Shown: positions 1 to 9,020 of the stretch, piece by piece
How the letters are laid out: each line of letters opens with the position of its first letter
Position numbering within the stretch: the stretch's first letter is position 1
NCBI GenBank assembly: GCA_044356295.1
Contig: JBIKWN010000011.1
Span: 1 to 54,411, forward strand
Length of the DNA: 54,411 nt
Direction of reading: 5' to 3'
Source of the DNA: Bdellovibrionota bacterium
Lineage (GTDB): Bacteria; Bdellovibrionota_C; UBA2361; JBIKWN01
Translations under genes and position numbers: made by a program
Notes under the pieces: generated by a model
What the model saw: only the letters and a program-made list of their open reading frames with translations
What the model was told of the DNA's origin: nothing
Databases searched by the model: none

Positions 1-41
1 AAATGTTTTCAATTACTTTCTACCGGACAGTTATAAAGAAA

Positions 42-542
42 TTACCTTTTGCTTGTATTGCTGTCAGTAAGAACACTAAATACAGCTAAAACTTTTTTTA
101 AAGATTCAAAGTTTTTATCATCGGTAAAAAAACCTGCAGAAAAAGCAGACAATATTGTAGTTAAAGGAGCTTGGGAAACTAGTCCACTCATTGACATTGA
201 ACTGTCTCTGCTTTGAACAATGTAGAGTAGCCAGCGACTTTTAAGTTTATTCATTTTCAACTTAATCCAATACCCAACCCCAATAACGGAAAGAAGTAAG
301 CCGATAACAATTATTGACAATCCGTCCTGAACACTTAAATACGAATGCGTATAACAAGTATAGATAAGACACCAAAACAACAAAAATATAGCAAATAAAA
401 AAACTATCAAAAGTAGTGCTAGAGAAGAAAGATATAAGCTAAAAAGATTCTTACTGCTCAGTAGGGCAAATAGCTTAAAATTCCGCAGCTCTTCGTTAAG
501 TCGTTGGAATAGAGGTTGGGCAAATAGTTCTACGAGACTCAT
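42..542 (-). CDS. Hypothetical membrane protein with two hydrophobic segments, possibly YqjE/phage-holin-like
   Basis: ORF track 42..557 starts at TTG; ATG at 542 preferred. Two hydrophobic stretches; divergent from a DUF883-like gene. Confidence 0.55.
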   Translation of the reverse strand: MSLVELFAQPLFQRLNEELRNFKLFALLSSKNLFSLYLSSLALLLIVFLFAIFLLFWCLIYTCYTHSYLSVQDGLSIIVIGLLLSVIGVGYWIKLKMNKLKSRWLLYIVQSRDSSMSMSGLVSQAPLTTILSAFSAGFFTDDKNFESLKKVLAVFSVLTDSNTSKR

Positions 543-688
543 TTGTGAATACTTCAATTTTGTAAATATGAAGTACTATAAAATGTAATATACACCGACT
601 GTATGATAGGCATCATACAAGCTACCAATTCAAGATGTCACAATCCATAGGAATTAAAAATTAATTTATTTCAAAATAGAGAGAAAAT

Positions 689-949
689 ATGGAAGCTATA
701 AATAGACTCATAGAGAAAGAAAATGGGCATCTTAAAGCAGTTGGAAACGCGCTGTGTGAAACAGGTGATGCTGCTCATAAGGTGATGAATGAGGTAGGGG
801 CTGTTGGAAAAAACCTTGTTAATGAATCTACTTCAGAAGGTAAAAAGGGACTAGAGTATATTGAAAAAATTGCCCAAGAAAATCCAATTACAACGATTGT
901 TGTGAGTGCTGCTGCTGGACTACTTATTGCCAAGTTAATTCGCCATTAA
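689..949 (+). CDS. DUF883/ElaB/YqjD-like tail-anchored protein
   Basis: Helical N-terminus and C-terminal ENPITTIVVSAAAGLLIAKLIRH signature; purine-rich RBS. Confidence 0.75.
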   Translation: MEAINRLIEKENGHLKAVGNALCETGDAAHKVMNEVGAVGKNLVNESTSEGKKGLEYIEKIAQENPITTIVVSAAAGLLIAKLIRH

Positions 950-1006
950 AAATGGGCGTTCCTTTGACGGGTTGTGCTGAGATCTCAGATGCGGCATGGT
1001 GATTTA

Positions 1007-1699
1007 ATGTTTTATGAACTTAAACACACACCATATGCTGAAGAAATGATGGACGGCACAACCCTTTCAATTGAAGAGCTTCTTTTAGTTGAAAGTGCAC
1101 TCGATAGAATTAACTTTTTAAGTGGGAGTTTTTTCAGAGTAGCAGAGTGGCTGGCAGATCAATATAAAGTTCACCATAACTCATCACGAGAAGAGTTTAC
1201 TTTCTTAGACATCGGTTGCGGTGGTGGGGGACTGCTGAGGTACCTTGCTGATTTTGCTTTTAAAAAAGCTCTCTCGATTAAATTCTTTGGGGTCGATACG
1301 AACTCAAAGCTCATATCAATTGCACAATTAAAAAGTAAAGATAAGCATTTTATAGAATACTCATCAGAACGTCTTGAGACCACGATACGGTCTTATTCCT
1401 TAATATATTCCAATTTGGTACTACATCATATTGCACCTGAAGAAATCGATGCATTTCTAACGTTAACAAAACAACGTGCAAAAATTGCAACGAGGCATGA
1501 AGATATCGCTCGTTCGATACCTGGACTCTTACTTGCAAAAATAATCCCTCATCTCGTTACAACAAGTCCAATAGTTCATCACGATGCTGTTGTTTCGGTA
1601 TATCGGTCTTATTCTAAAAGTGAATGGCAGGATAAAGCTCTCTCGTGTGGATATAATTGCATGCAAACATTCCCTCAAAGAGTACTACTACAAACATAA
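1007..1699 (+). CDS. Class I SAM-dependent methyltransferase, type III PKS-associated
   Basis: FLDIGCGGG motif I, N-terminal EEMMD, NLVLHH, HDAVVSVYRSY; ATG at 1007 chosen over GTG at 974. Confidence 0.85.
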   Translation: MFYELKHTPYAEEMMDGTTLSIEELLLVESALDRINFLSGSFFRVAEWLADQYKVHHNSSREEFTFLDIGCGGGGLLRYLADFAFKKALSIKFFGVDTNSKLISIAQLKSKDKHFIEYSSERLETTIRSYSLIYSNLVLHHIAPEEIDAFLTLTKQRAKIATRHEDIARSIPGLLLAKIIPHLVTTSPIVHHDAVVSVYRSYSKSEWQDKALSCGYNCMQTFPQRVLLQT

Positions 1700-1703
1700 A
1701 CGT

Positions 1704-2747
1704 ATGATTGATCGAAAGACAAAGATTGCAATAATAGGCGCCGGAATGTGCGGGAGTTTTTTATCCTATCTGCTTGCTAGAAAAGGATTCTCTGCAATTT
1801 CGTTATTTGAAAAAAAGTCATTTCATTCTAGTAATCAATTAGGCAAAGTATGTGGAGGGTGCCTTCATCACAGTGCTGTTTCGATTTTTAAGGAAAATGG
1901 GCTTGAATCAATTATTCAACCAGGAATCGATATTAAGAAAGTCAGTTTGATATCTCCGGAAAAAAACACATCATTTTCATTGCAACATGGAAAATGGATT
2001 AACCGAAGAACAGTTGATGACTTACTTTTGGAACGAGCCCAACAAGAAGGTGTCAGTGTATTTAATAGTAAAGCAAAAATTTTAGATTCTGAAAATGGAA
2101 TTATCCAATACGGCGGTAAACAAGAAAATTTTGAATTTATTGTAGATTGCGGCGGTATCTCTGGTAGTGCGCTACCACACTGGGATGAAACAAATATATC
2201 ACCTGCAGGGTTTGGATTTCATGGATATTGTAATGCTGATGAAAATAGAAATCACCATCTTCAAAGTATTGAAGTAGGAGAGGTAAGATTTTTTATTGAT
2301 GATTTTGGGTATCACGGTGTGGTTAAAGTAGATAGTTTGCACCCATATTTTCATGTTGCCTCATATCTACGAGGAAAAACACTTCAAACTTCAGAATTTT
2401 TGAAGCAATTTTTTTCATTAGAGAGTCTTAAGGAAAAATCTGCAACACCATCACTGTATAGAAAACGGGCTCCTTCAAAAGGAAGAGTTTTCTTATGCGG
2501 AGATTCACTCGGATATCCTGAGCCATTTACCGGAGAAGGAATGCGTTTTGCAGTTGAAACAACAACACTTTTCGCGTCCCTCATTGATGTAGGTCTGAGT
2601 TCTTGGAATACACAGATTGTTGCGTTGCAAGAAAAACAATGGAAGCGTTGTCAGTATGCCACGTGGTTCATTGAAAAATCATTTCGGAGAAAAGTATTTT
2701 TTCCATTCATTCCTTATCTTAACTCTATTACTCGGAGTGTATGGTAA
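1704..2747 (+). CDS. FAD-dependent oxidoreductase (geranylgeranyl reductase-like)
   Basis: IAIIGAGMCG Rossmann motif, KVCGGCL, CGDSLGYPEPFTGEGM; ATG 4 nt after the upstream stop. Confidence 0.85.
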   Translation: MIDRKTKIAIIGAGMCGSFLSYLLARKGFSAISLFEKKSFHSSNQLGKVCGGCLHHSAVSIFKENGLESIIQPGIDIKKVSLISPEKNTSFSLQHGKWINRRTVDDLLLERAQQEGVSVFNSKAKILDSENGIIQYGGKQENFEFIVDCGGISGSALPHWDETNISPAGFGFHGYCNADENRNHHLQSIEVGEVRFFIDDFGYHGVVKVDSLHPYFHVASYLRGKTLQTSEFLKQFFSLESLKEKSATPSLYRKRAPSKGRVFLCGDSLGYPEPFTGEGMRFAVETTTLFASLIDVGLSSWNTQIVALQEKQWKRCQYATWFIEKSFRRKVFFPFIPYLNSITRSVW

Positions 2748-3784
2748 ACAATATTCAAACAAACATCCTTGCTATTGATATATTTGAAGCACCTCATCGT
2801 GTCACAAGAACTGAATATTTAGAGTTTCAATATGAGAATATTCCTGAATGGACTGAAGCTTTTTCTAGATTAGTAACACATACAGGTGTAGAAACGCGTC
2901 AAACCTATCTTCCTGAATGGCAAGAGTATTTTAGAAACAAGACGCATTCTACGGAGGAGCGAAATGAATCGTACAACAATATTGTCTTTCCTGAGCTTAT
3001 TAAGAACCTTGAATTTTTTATCGAAGAACATGCAATTGATAAAGATAGCATTGGTGGGATCGTTACTGTTTCATGTACTGGTATTTCAAACCCAACACTT
3101 GATACAAAAATTATTGGGCATCTCGCCCTTACGTCATGTTTGCACTGGCATCTAGGATATATGGGATGTCATGGAGGAATTATTGGAATGCAAAGTGGTG
3201 CTGCCCTTTGCGCGCTTGTACCAGAAAAAATAGTTTTGGTTATTTGTGTTGAAGCGTGTTCGTTGCACTATCAGAAACTTTTAGACCCAGGAATTCAGAT
3301 TAGTAATGCGCTGTTTAGTGATGGTTTAGCAATTATAGCTATGCAAAAATCATCTTATCCAAAAGACAAAGATCAATTAGTAGGGGTACTCGATTCTGTG
3401 ACAACGAATACATTTCCTGTTGGGTCAAACTATTTAACATGGAATATGACAGATTTTGGTTGGCTTATGGGTCTTTCGCCAAAGCTTCCATTACTTATAA
3501 GTCAGACGCTTCAAAATTCTTTTTTTCAACAATATAGAGGTAATAAAAATCTTATTGTTCATCCAGGTGGAAAATCTATTCTTAAAGCAGTTCAAGATGG
3601 ATTAGATTTAGAACCGATACTTGCCAGTTATACAATATTAAAAAATTTTGGAAATATGTCATCCCCTTCAATATTTTTTTGTTTTAAAGAGTTTCTAAGA
3701 TTACATTCGTTAAAAAACGAAGAGGCTACTTTGATCGCATTTGGTCCAGGATTGGATGTCAGTACTGCTACGATTCTGTTTTGA
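2741..3784 (+). CDS. Type III polyketide synthase (chalcone synthase-like)
   Basis: Cys-His-Asn triad in GYMGCHGG, IVHPGG and FGNMSS; also VSCTG, NALFSDG, AFGPGL. Confidence 0.92.
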   Translation: MVNNIQTNILAIDIFEAPHRVTRTEYLEFQYENIPEWTEAFSRLVTHTGVETRQTYLPEWQEYFRNKTHSTEERNESYNNIVFPELIKNLEFFIEEHAIDKDSIGGIVTVSCTGISNPTLDTKIIGHLALTSCLHWHLGYMGCHGGIIGMQSGAALCALVPEKIVLVICVEACSLHYQKLLDPGIQISNALFSDGLAIIAMQKSSYPKDKDQLVGVLDSVTTNTFPVGSNYLTWNMTDFGWLMGLSPKLPLLISQTLQNSFFQQYRGNKNLIVHPGGKSILKAVQDGLDLEPILASYTILKNFGNMSSPSIFFCFKEFLRLHSLKNEEATLIAFGPGLDVSTATILF

Positions 3785-3801
3785 AAAACTAAATCAATTA
3801 A

Positions 3802-5259
3802 TTACAGACGCTCAACTTTAATAGAATCACCAGAAAGCTTTACGAGCGATCGTTTCTGATTAAGAATCGTTTCAAGTACAACTTCACGCTCCCAAAGCGC
3901 TTTTACATGTTTCAATGTGTGTTCAGCATATTCAAGCAAAAGGTCTCGTCCATCATGTTCATGTTTTAGATAGAGAGTGCGATTTTTTCCAAAATCAGCA
4001 TCAGTAACCTTAATAATAGGGATTGATCCAGAGCCAACCTGAGCAATAAGGGTATCTCGAATCTGCTGCCAGCTTTCCTCATCTGCAATTTTAGTGACGA
4101 CTCTATCTTTTCCACGTTTTTCGTGTTGGAAAAGGTGAGCGTCCCTCATAACTTCTGGGGTTAAAAAGCGTCTTAAGAAAGAAGTGTCTCGATCTGATTC
4201 ACGGATCTCGAACATTTTTTTTCTACCAGGAGTATCGTTTTCATCAAGAGTTGAAATTGCAGTAATTGGCGTATCATCAGTTAACTCTCGCCCTGTATCA
4301 CCTTCATTCCAGCGACGTTCAATGTCATGCCACAGAATAAAACCAAGATGATAAGGGTTTAATCCGCCTGGGTGTGGGCGAAGAACCTGATTGTGACTAA
4401 CGATAAATTCAAGGTGATGACCGTGTTCAAGCTTCAGCTCATTTAATATTTTATGATGCCAATAACTTGCCCATCCCTCGTTCATGATCTTTGTTTCCAT
4501 CTGAGGAATGAAATACTTCATCTCTTTTTCAACTATCTTTAAGAGATCTTTTTTCCAACTAGGAAGATATGGATTGTAGTCAGCGATAAAACTTAATAAA
4601 TCTTCAACCGGTTCTACTGGAAATGTTTGAAAGTTAGGTGAGACATACTCTTTCTTTGGATGAATATTTCTATAAGGGTCTTCAGTGCGTTGAGCAGACT
4701 CCCATTTTCGTTTCAACAGTTCACCTTGGGAAACTTGTTTAATCGCTAAATTTTTACACACTTGATACTGCAAAGCGTGGGCATGGTCGAGAACGTCTTC
4801 AACTGCTTCAAGACCGATTGAAGGGTCTTGCATGTAATGATCGATTCTTCGAGCATTACTTTTAAACATCTCTAATGTGTATTTCGCATCAAATGCGCTC
4901 GTAAAGGTGAAGTTATTTGCAAAGAAATCGTTATGACCATATACGTGAGCTATTGTAAGGATTTGCAGTAAGAGGGAATTGTCACGCATTAAGTAGGCAA
5001 GGCATGGATTAGAATTAATAACCATTTCGTATGGTAATCCTGAAGCTCCGTACTCATACATTGTCTTTTGTCGTTCAAAAGATTTACCAAAAGACCAGTG
5101 TGAATAGCGAGAAGGCATACCAGAAAATGCCATATACCCAAGCATCTCATTGTGATCGCATATTTCGAACTCTTGTGGGTAACAATTTAATCCAAACCGG
5201 TGAACCAGTTTAAGAATTTTATCATCCCATTTTTTTAGTTCTTCTAAATTTATACTCAT
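3802..5259 (-). CDS. spoVR: SpoVR/YcgB family protein
   Basis: HWSFGK, YEMVINSNP, IAHVYGHNDFF, TKIMNEGWASYWH, LNPYHLG; last gene of the prkA operon. Confidence 0.93.
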   Translation of the reverse strand: MSINLEELKKWDDKILKLVHRFGLNCYPQEFEICDHNEMLGYMAFSGMPSRYSHWSFGKSFERQKTMYEYGASGLPYEMVINSNPCLAYLMRDNSLLLQILTIAHVYGHNDFFANNFTFTSAFDAKYTLEMFKSNARRIDHYMQDPSIGLEAVEDVLDHAHALQYQVCKNLAIKQVSQGELLKRKWESAQRTEDPYRNIHPKKEYVSPNFQTFPVEPVEDLLSFIADYNPYLPSWKKDLLKIVEKEMKYFIPQMETKIMNEGWASYWHHKILNELKLEHGHHLEFIVSHNQVLRPHPGGLNPYHLGFILWHDIERRWNEGDTGRELTDDTPITAISTLDENDTPGRKKMFEIRESDRDTSFLRRFLTPEVMRDAHLFQHEKRGKDRVVTKIADEESWQQIRDTLIAQVGSGSIPIIKVTDADFGKNRTLYLKHEHDGRDLLLEYAEHTLKHVKALWEREVVLETILNQKRSLVKLSGDSIKVERL

Positions 5260-5278
5260 ACAAAAATTAGGTATTCTC

Positions 5279-6514
5279 TTACGTTGCCGTGCTTGCTCCT
5301 TCAGTTCCGATTGCTTTTGCGGCTAATACTCTTGGATCAGTTTTATCTTTTGTGAGGAATGCTCTAAATGACGGCCAAAGATCTTCTTTTCGTTCAATAA
5401 CAACCATCTGGAAATTTTCAGCTTTAATTTTACTAAATACTTCAAGCATGCTGCCACTATAATATGCAGATCCGGAAGGCTTAATTTCACCGTAGCCGAA
5501 CAAGTTACACTTTTTACAAAGTTCTTCTGCTGCTTCAACGGCTCTATCATTATCGGAATAGAAGTTGTCTCCATCAGAGCAATGAAAAGCATAGATATTC
5601 CACAGTGATGGATGATATCGGTCATCTATAATTTCGAGTGCTTTCTTATATCCAGAAGAAATGTACGTACCACCTGATTCAACTTTATGAAAAAAGTCCT
5701 CTTCACTTACTTCTTTTGCTTCCGTATGGTGAGCAAGAAATACAACTTCAACTTCCTGATACTTTGCTCGAATAAATTGATATAGTAAGAAATAAAAACT
5801 TCGAGCGAGATACTTTTTAACAGTACCCATAGAACCCGAAGTATCCATGATGCAAAAGATGACAGCATTGGATTGTTCACGCTCGGTTGGGGCAATATGC
5901 CAATATCTAAAATCGTCTTTATGAAATGGAAAACGATTCTCTTCAGTATCGAAATCAACTCCGCGTGAACCTTTTACTGAGAGTTTTCTTCGAATACGAT
6001 TTCTTGCTGTAAGTCTTTTGTCGAGGCGAGGGCGAATACCCGATAATCTGTGACCTGTTCGTTTTTTAGCGTCATTAGTCACGACTCGTTTTAGAGCTTT
6101 TCGCTCTAAATCGGGCAGATCCAGATCCGCGAACATGATATCAATGAGCTCTTCAAGGGTAACATCAGTTTCAATTGCATCAACACCTGGTTGATTACCA
6201 CCTTTTCCGTCACCTTGACCTTGTTGCTCATCAGGATTTCCTTGCTGAACAACGTCGCCTGGTTTTTGTTCACCGTTTCCTTGCGAAACACCGGGCGAGT
6301 TCTCGCCGTAGACAAATCGATATTCTTTAATAGACCGGATAGGGATCTTGATGATCTTTCCCTGATCACGACCAATAATAGATTCTTCAGCGATAATATC
6401 TGCAATATTATCACGAATGGTATCTTTCAGTTTCTGACGATGTCGCAATCTGTCTTTAGCGCTCCGATCCGAGCGCTGAGACGCTGGAGTATAGGGGCGA
6501 AATACAGTTGACAC
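5279..6514 (-). CDS. yeaH: YeaH/YhbH (DUF444) family protein
   Basis: MDTSGSM vWA-like motif, ESGGTYISS, WNIYAFHCSDGDN; lies between prkA and spoVR. Confidence 0.92.
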   Translation of the reverse strand: MSTVFRPYTPASQRSDRSAKDRLRHRQKLKDTIRDNIADIIAEESIIGRDQGKIIKIPIRSIKEYRFVYGENSPGVSQGNGEQKPGDVVQQGNPDEQQGQGDGKGGNQPGVDAIETDVTLEELIDIMFADLDLPDLERKALKRVVTNDAKKRTGHRLSGIRPRLDKRLTARNRIRRKLSVKGSRGVDFDTEENRFPFHKDDFRYWHIAPTEREQSNAVIFCIMDTSGSMGTVKKYLARSFYFLLYQFIRAKYQEVEVVFLAHHTEAKEVSEEDFFHKVESGGTYISSGYKKALEIIDDRYHPSLWNIYAFHCSDGDNFYSDNDRAVEAAEELCKKCNLFGYGEIKPSGSAYYSGSMLEVFSKIKAENFQMVVIERKEDLWPSFRAFLTKDKTDPRVLAAKAIGTEGASTAT

Positions 6515-6517
6515 TTG

Positions 6518-8446
6518 TTAATCCTTCCAAAGATTATTTGCTGCATATTTAATAACGGTATCGATACAACTTGGTGGATAACCGTTACGAACCATCTGCT
6601 CAACCATTTTTTCGCGACGTTTATTTTGTTCTTCATCACGAGTACGGCTCGTGGTAATAATTCTGGAAAGCTCTCTGACTGAAGTCATTAACTTCTTCTC
6701 AACTGCTTCTTTCAGTGGCTCATAACTTTCATAGGTTAATTTCTCACCACGACGAGTTACTGACCAAAGGTAAGCAATTACTTCTTGTCTAAATCCATCA
6801 CAGGCAGTTCCGATAATTGCAATTTGCTCTTCAATCGACCGCATAAATTGCTCATCAGGCTCTAGCTCTTCACTTGTATTTCTATCTTTAACACGCTTTT
6901 TCGTAACATAAGCTTCAGCATGGTCAAGATAGTTATTGAAAAGTGATTCTGCTTGCTCACTGTATGAATATACAAATGCTTTAGTAATCTCTTTTTCAAG
7001 TACTTCGAGATACTCTTTGTGGAGTGTATCTTGGAGGAACTCAAGATATCGTTTCTTAGTATCATCAGGGAAGTCGTACTCTTTCACCATGTTGACTAAT
7101 GATTCACGAATTGAAATTGGGTGAATACAATTTTGCTCGATATTATCTGAAAGTGCGTTATCAAGCGCTTTCATAATAAATCGTGTAGAAATTCCGTTCA
7201 TTCCTTCAAGTTTTGCTTCTTCTCGGAGCTCAGTAAGATCTATTTTTTTCGTACGTCCTTTTTCGACAACTTCCTCTCCGTTATAGAGTTTCAGTTTCGT
7301 CATCAAGTCGCATTTATTGGTTGGCTCAAGACGTGAAAGAATTGCAAACATCGATGCAATTTCAATCGTATGAGGTGCAATATCAGCAGTGAACCGAGAT
7401 TGGCGAATAATTTTCTGATAAATTTTAACTTCTTCAGAAAGTCGAAGGTTGTAGGGGACTTTTACAGTTACAATACGGTCAAGAATTGCTTCATTCGTAT
7501 GGTCGCTTTTAAATTTCTTCCACTCTGCTTCATTTGAGTGCGCAACGATACAGGTATCAACATAAATCATACCGTGACGACCAGGAGCAGGAATTGATTT
7601 TTCCTGAGTCGCAGTAATCATTGCATGTAAATATTCAGTTTCGTTTTTAAAAACTTCGATAAACTCAACCATTCCCCGGTTACCGACGTTTAATGCACCT
7701 GAAAGATCAAGTACACGTGGATCACCTTCAGAGTAAAGATCAAGTTTTGATATATCCTCACCGCCAATAAGAACACTTGTATCTTGGTTATTTGGATCTA
7801 CCGGAGGAACAACACCAATACCTCGTCTTGCACGAATTGAGAAATCAACAGTTTTAACTGGGAATTCTTCCCAACGTCCACCGTACTCTTCTTTTAATTT
7901 GTAACGACAAACTGGACAAAGATCTCCTTCAAGCTGAAGACCAAGCATTTTTGAAAATTCTTTTCTTAAGTGACGCGGAATTAAGTGAAGTGGTTCTTCA
8001 TTCATTGGACAACCATCAACTGCATGGAATCCACCAGCCGCTTCAAGGCCTTGTTTCAACTTATCAACTAACGAAGATTTTCCTGAACCTACTGGACCAA
8101 CAAGATAAAGTACTTGTCTGCTTTCTTCACCTTTTAATGATGCTGAATGAAAGTATCGAACGATTTGATTAACCGTTTTTTCCATTCCATAAAAATCATC
8201 AGCAAAAAAATTAAAGGTACGATAATTATCACCTTTAAAAATCCGCTTCATGCGAGGATTCTCTTCGAGGTCGAGCTCCTTTGCACCATGTGACATGATC
8301 ATGTTGTACATTCGACGGTGCGCAAGGTCTGCAATGTCTGGGTTTTGGCGAACCAACTCTAAATAGTCGAGCATGGTTCCTGACCATGAAGACTTTTTTC
8401 GAGTTTCCCGATCTTTCTTGATTAGTTTTTTGAAATCATCCGACAT
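6518..8446 (-). CDS. prkA: PrkA/YeaG family AAA+ serine protein kinase
   Basis: Walker A GPVGSGKS, CPMNEEPL, NRGMVEFIEVFK, AHSNEAEW; ATG at 8446 with AAGGA RBS. Confidence 0.93.
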   Translation of the reverse strand: MSDDFKKLIKKDRETRKKSSWSGTMLDYLELVRQNPDIADLAHRRMYNMIMSHGAKELDLEENPRMKRIFKGDNYRTFNFFADDFYGMEKTVNQIVRYFHSASLKGEESRQVLYLVGPVGSGKSSLVDKLKQGLEAAGGFHAVDGCPMNEEPLHLIPRHLRKEFSKMLGLQLEGDLCPVCRYKLKEEYGGRWEEFPVKTVDFSIRARRGIGVVPPVDPNNQDTSVLIGGEDISKLDLYSEGDPRVLDLSGALNVGNRGMVEFIEVFKNETEYLHAMITATQEKSIPAPGRHGMIYVDTCIVAHSNEAEWKKFKSDHTNEAILDRIVTVKVPYNLRLSEEVKIYQKIIRQSRFTADIAPHTIEIASMFAILSRLEPTNKCDLMTKLKLYNGEEVVEKGRTKKIDLTELREEAKLEGMNGISTRFIMKALDNALSDNIEQNCIHPISIRESLVNMVKEYDFPDDTKKRYLEFLQDTLHKEYLEVLEKEITKAFVYSYSEQAESLFNNYLDHAEAYVTKKRVKDRNTSEELEPDEQFMRSIEEQIAIIGTACDGFRQEVIAYLWSVTRRGEKLTYESYEPLKEAVEKKLMTSVRELSRIITTSRTRDEEQNKRREKMVEQMVRNGYPPSCIDTVIKYAANNLWKD

Positions 8447-8459
8447 TGAATTAGTCCTT

Positions 8460-8520
8460 AAAAAAAAATCCCATTGCCTACTTCTGATAATGCGCCCATC
8501 AGTAGTATCCCGCAATGAGA
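8460..8520 (-). terminator. Long hairpin plus T9 tract immediately upstream of the prkA RBS (terminator or attenuator candidate)
   Basis: Minus strand: tctcattgc pairs with gcaatggga, tactactgat with atcagaagta, followed by nine T. Confidence 0.5.
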
Positions 8521-8603
8521 CCTATTCTTAATAGTATGATGCTAAAACCCCGTTTAGGGTTTGAAATAATTGCAATTTTTTTGTAATTCGAGAGTAGTAA
8601 TTT

Positions 8604-8840
8604 TTACTGCTTTCGAACAACTTCAATAATTCTGCGATTATCAAAGCTATCTAGCGAGAATACCGAGTCTGTAATTCCTCTTTCAAGGCGAGAGAGTGCA
8701 AATTTAAAGTAATCGGGGTGCAGTGAACAAAATGCATAATCTTCTTCAACAGTGTTTGTATCTGAGCTTTGTGATGCTAAAGAATGTGGGATTATAATAT
8801 CTATGTCACTTTTTGGTGTTCTTGTTTGTTTCTTAACCAT
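8604..8840 (-). CDS. Small hypothetical protein (78 aa)
   Basis: ATG ORF filling the intergenic gap, purine-rich upstream sequence; no recognised motif. Confidence 0.5.
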   Translation of the reverse strand: MVKKQTRTPKSDIDIIIPHSLASQSSDTNTVEEDYAFCSLHPDYFKFALSRLERGITDSVFSLDSFDNRRIIEVVRKQ

Positions 8841-9020
8841 TGCCTAATTCTCTCTCTATTTATCCTGCCATTGTATCTAAAAGATAGCTCACCTAGAGAA
8901 AACTCACTTAAAACCCACCACCCTAGAAGTATACGTGATTTTCGCGTACTATATCCGCAAAATCACGATGTTACCGAATGCTTGCTCGGTTTGCTCAAAG
9001 TTTATACTCTTTAGGCATCA

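Noticed and set aside
8447..8515. Longer prkA start at 8515 given in the ORF track
   Set aside because: Runs through the hairpin and T tract; the ATG at 8446 has an RBS and fits the family start.
8784..9014. 76-aa plus-strand ORF upstream of purL as purS
   Set aside because: No PurS motifs such as DPQG; it overlaps an opposite-strand ORF. purS and purQ are presumably elsewhere.
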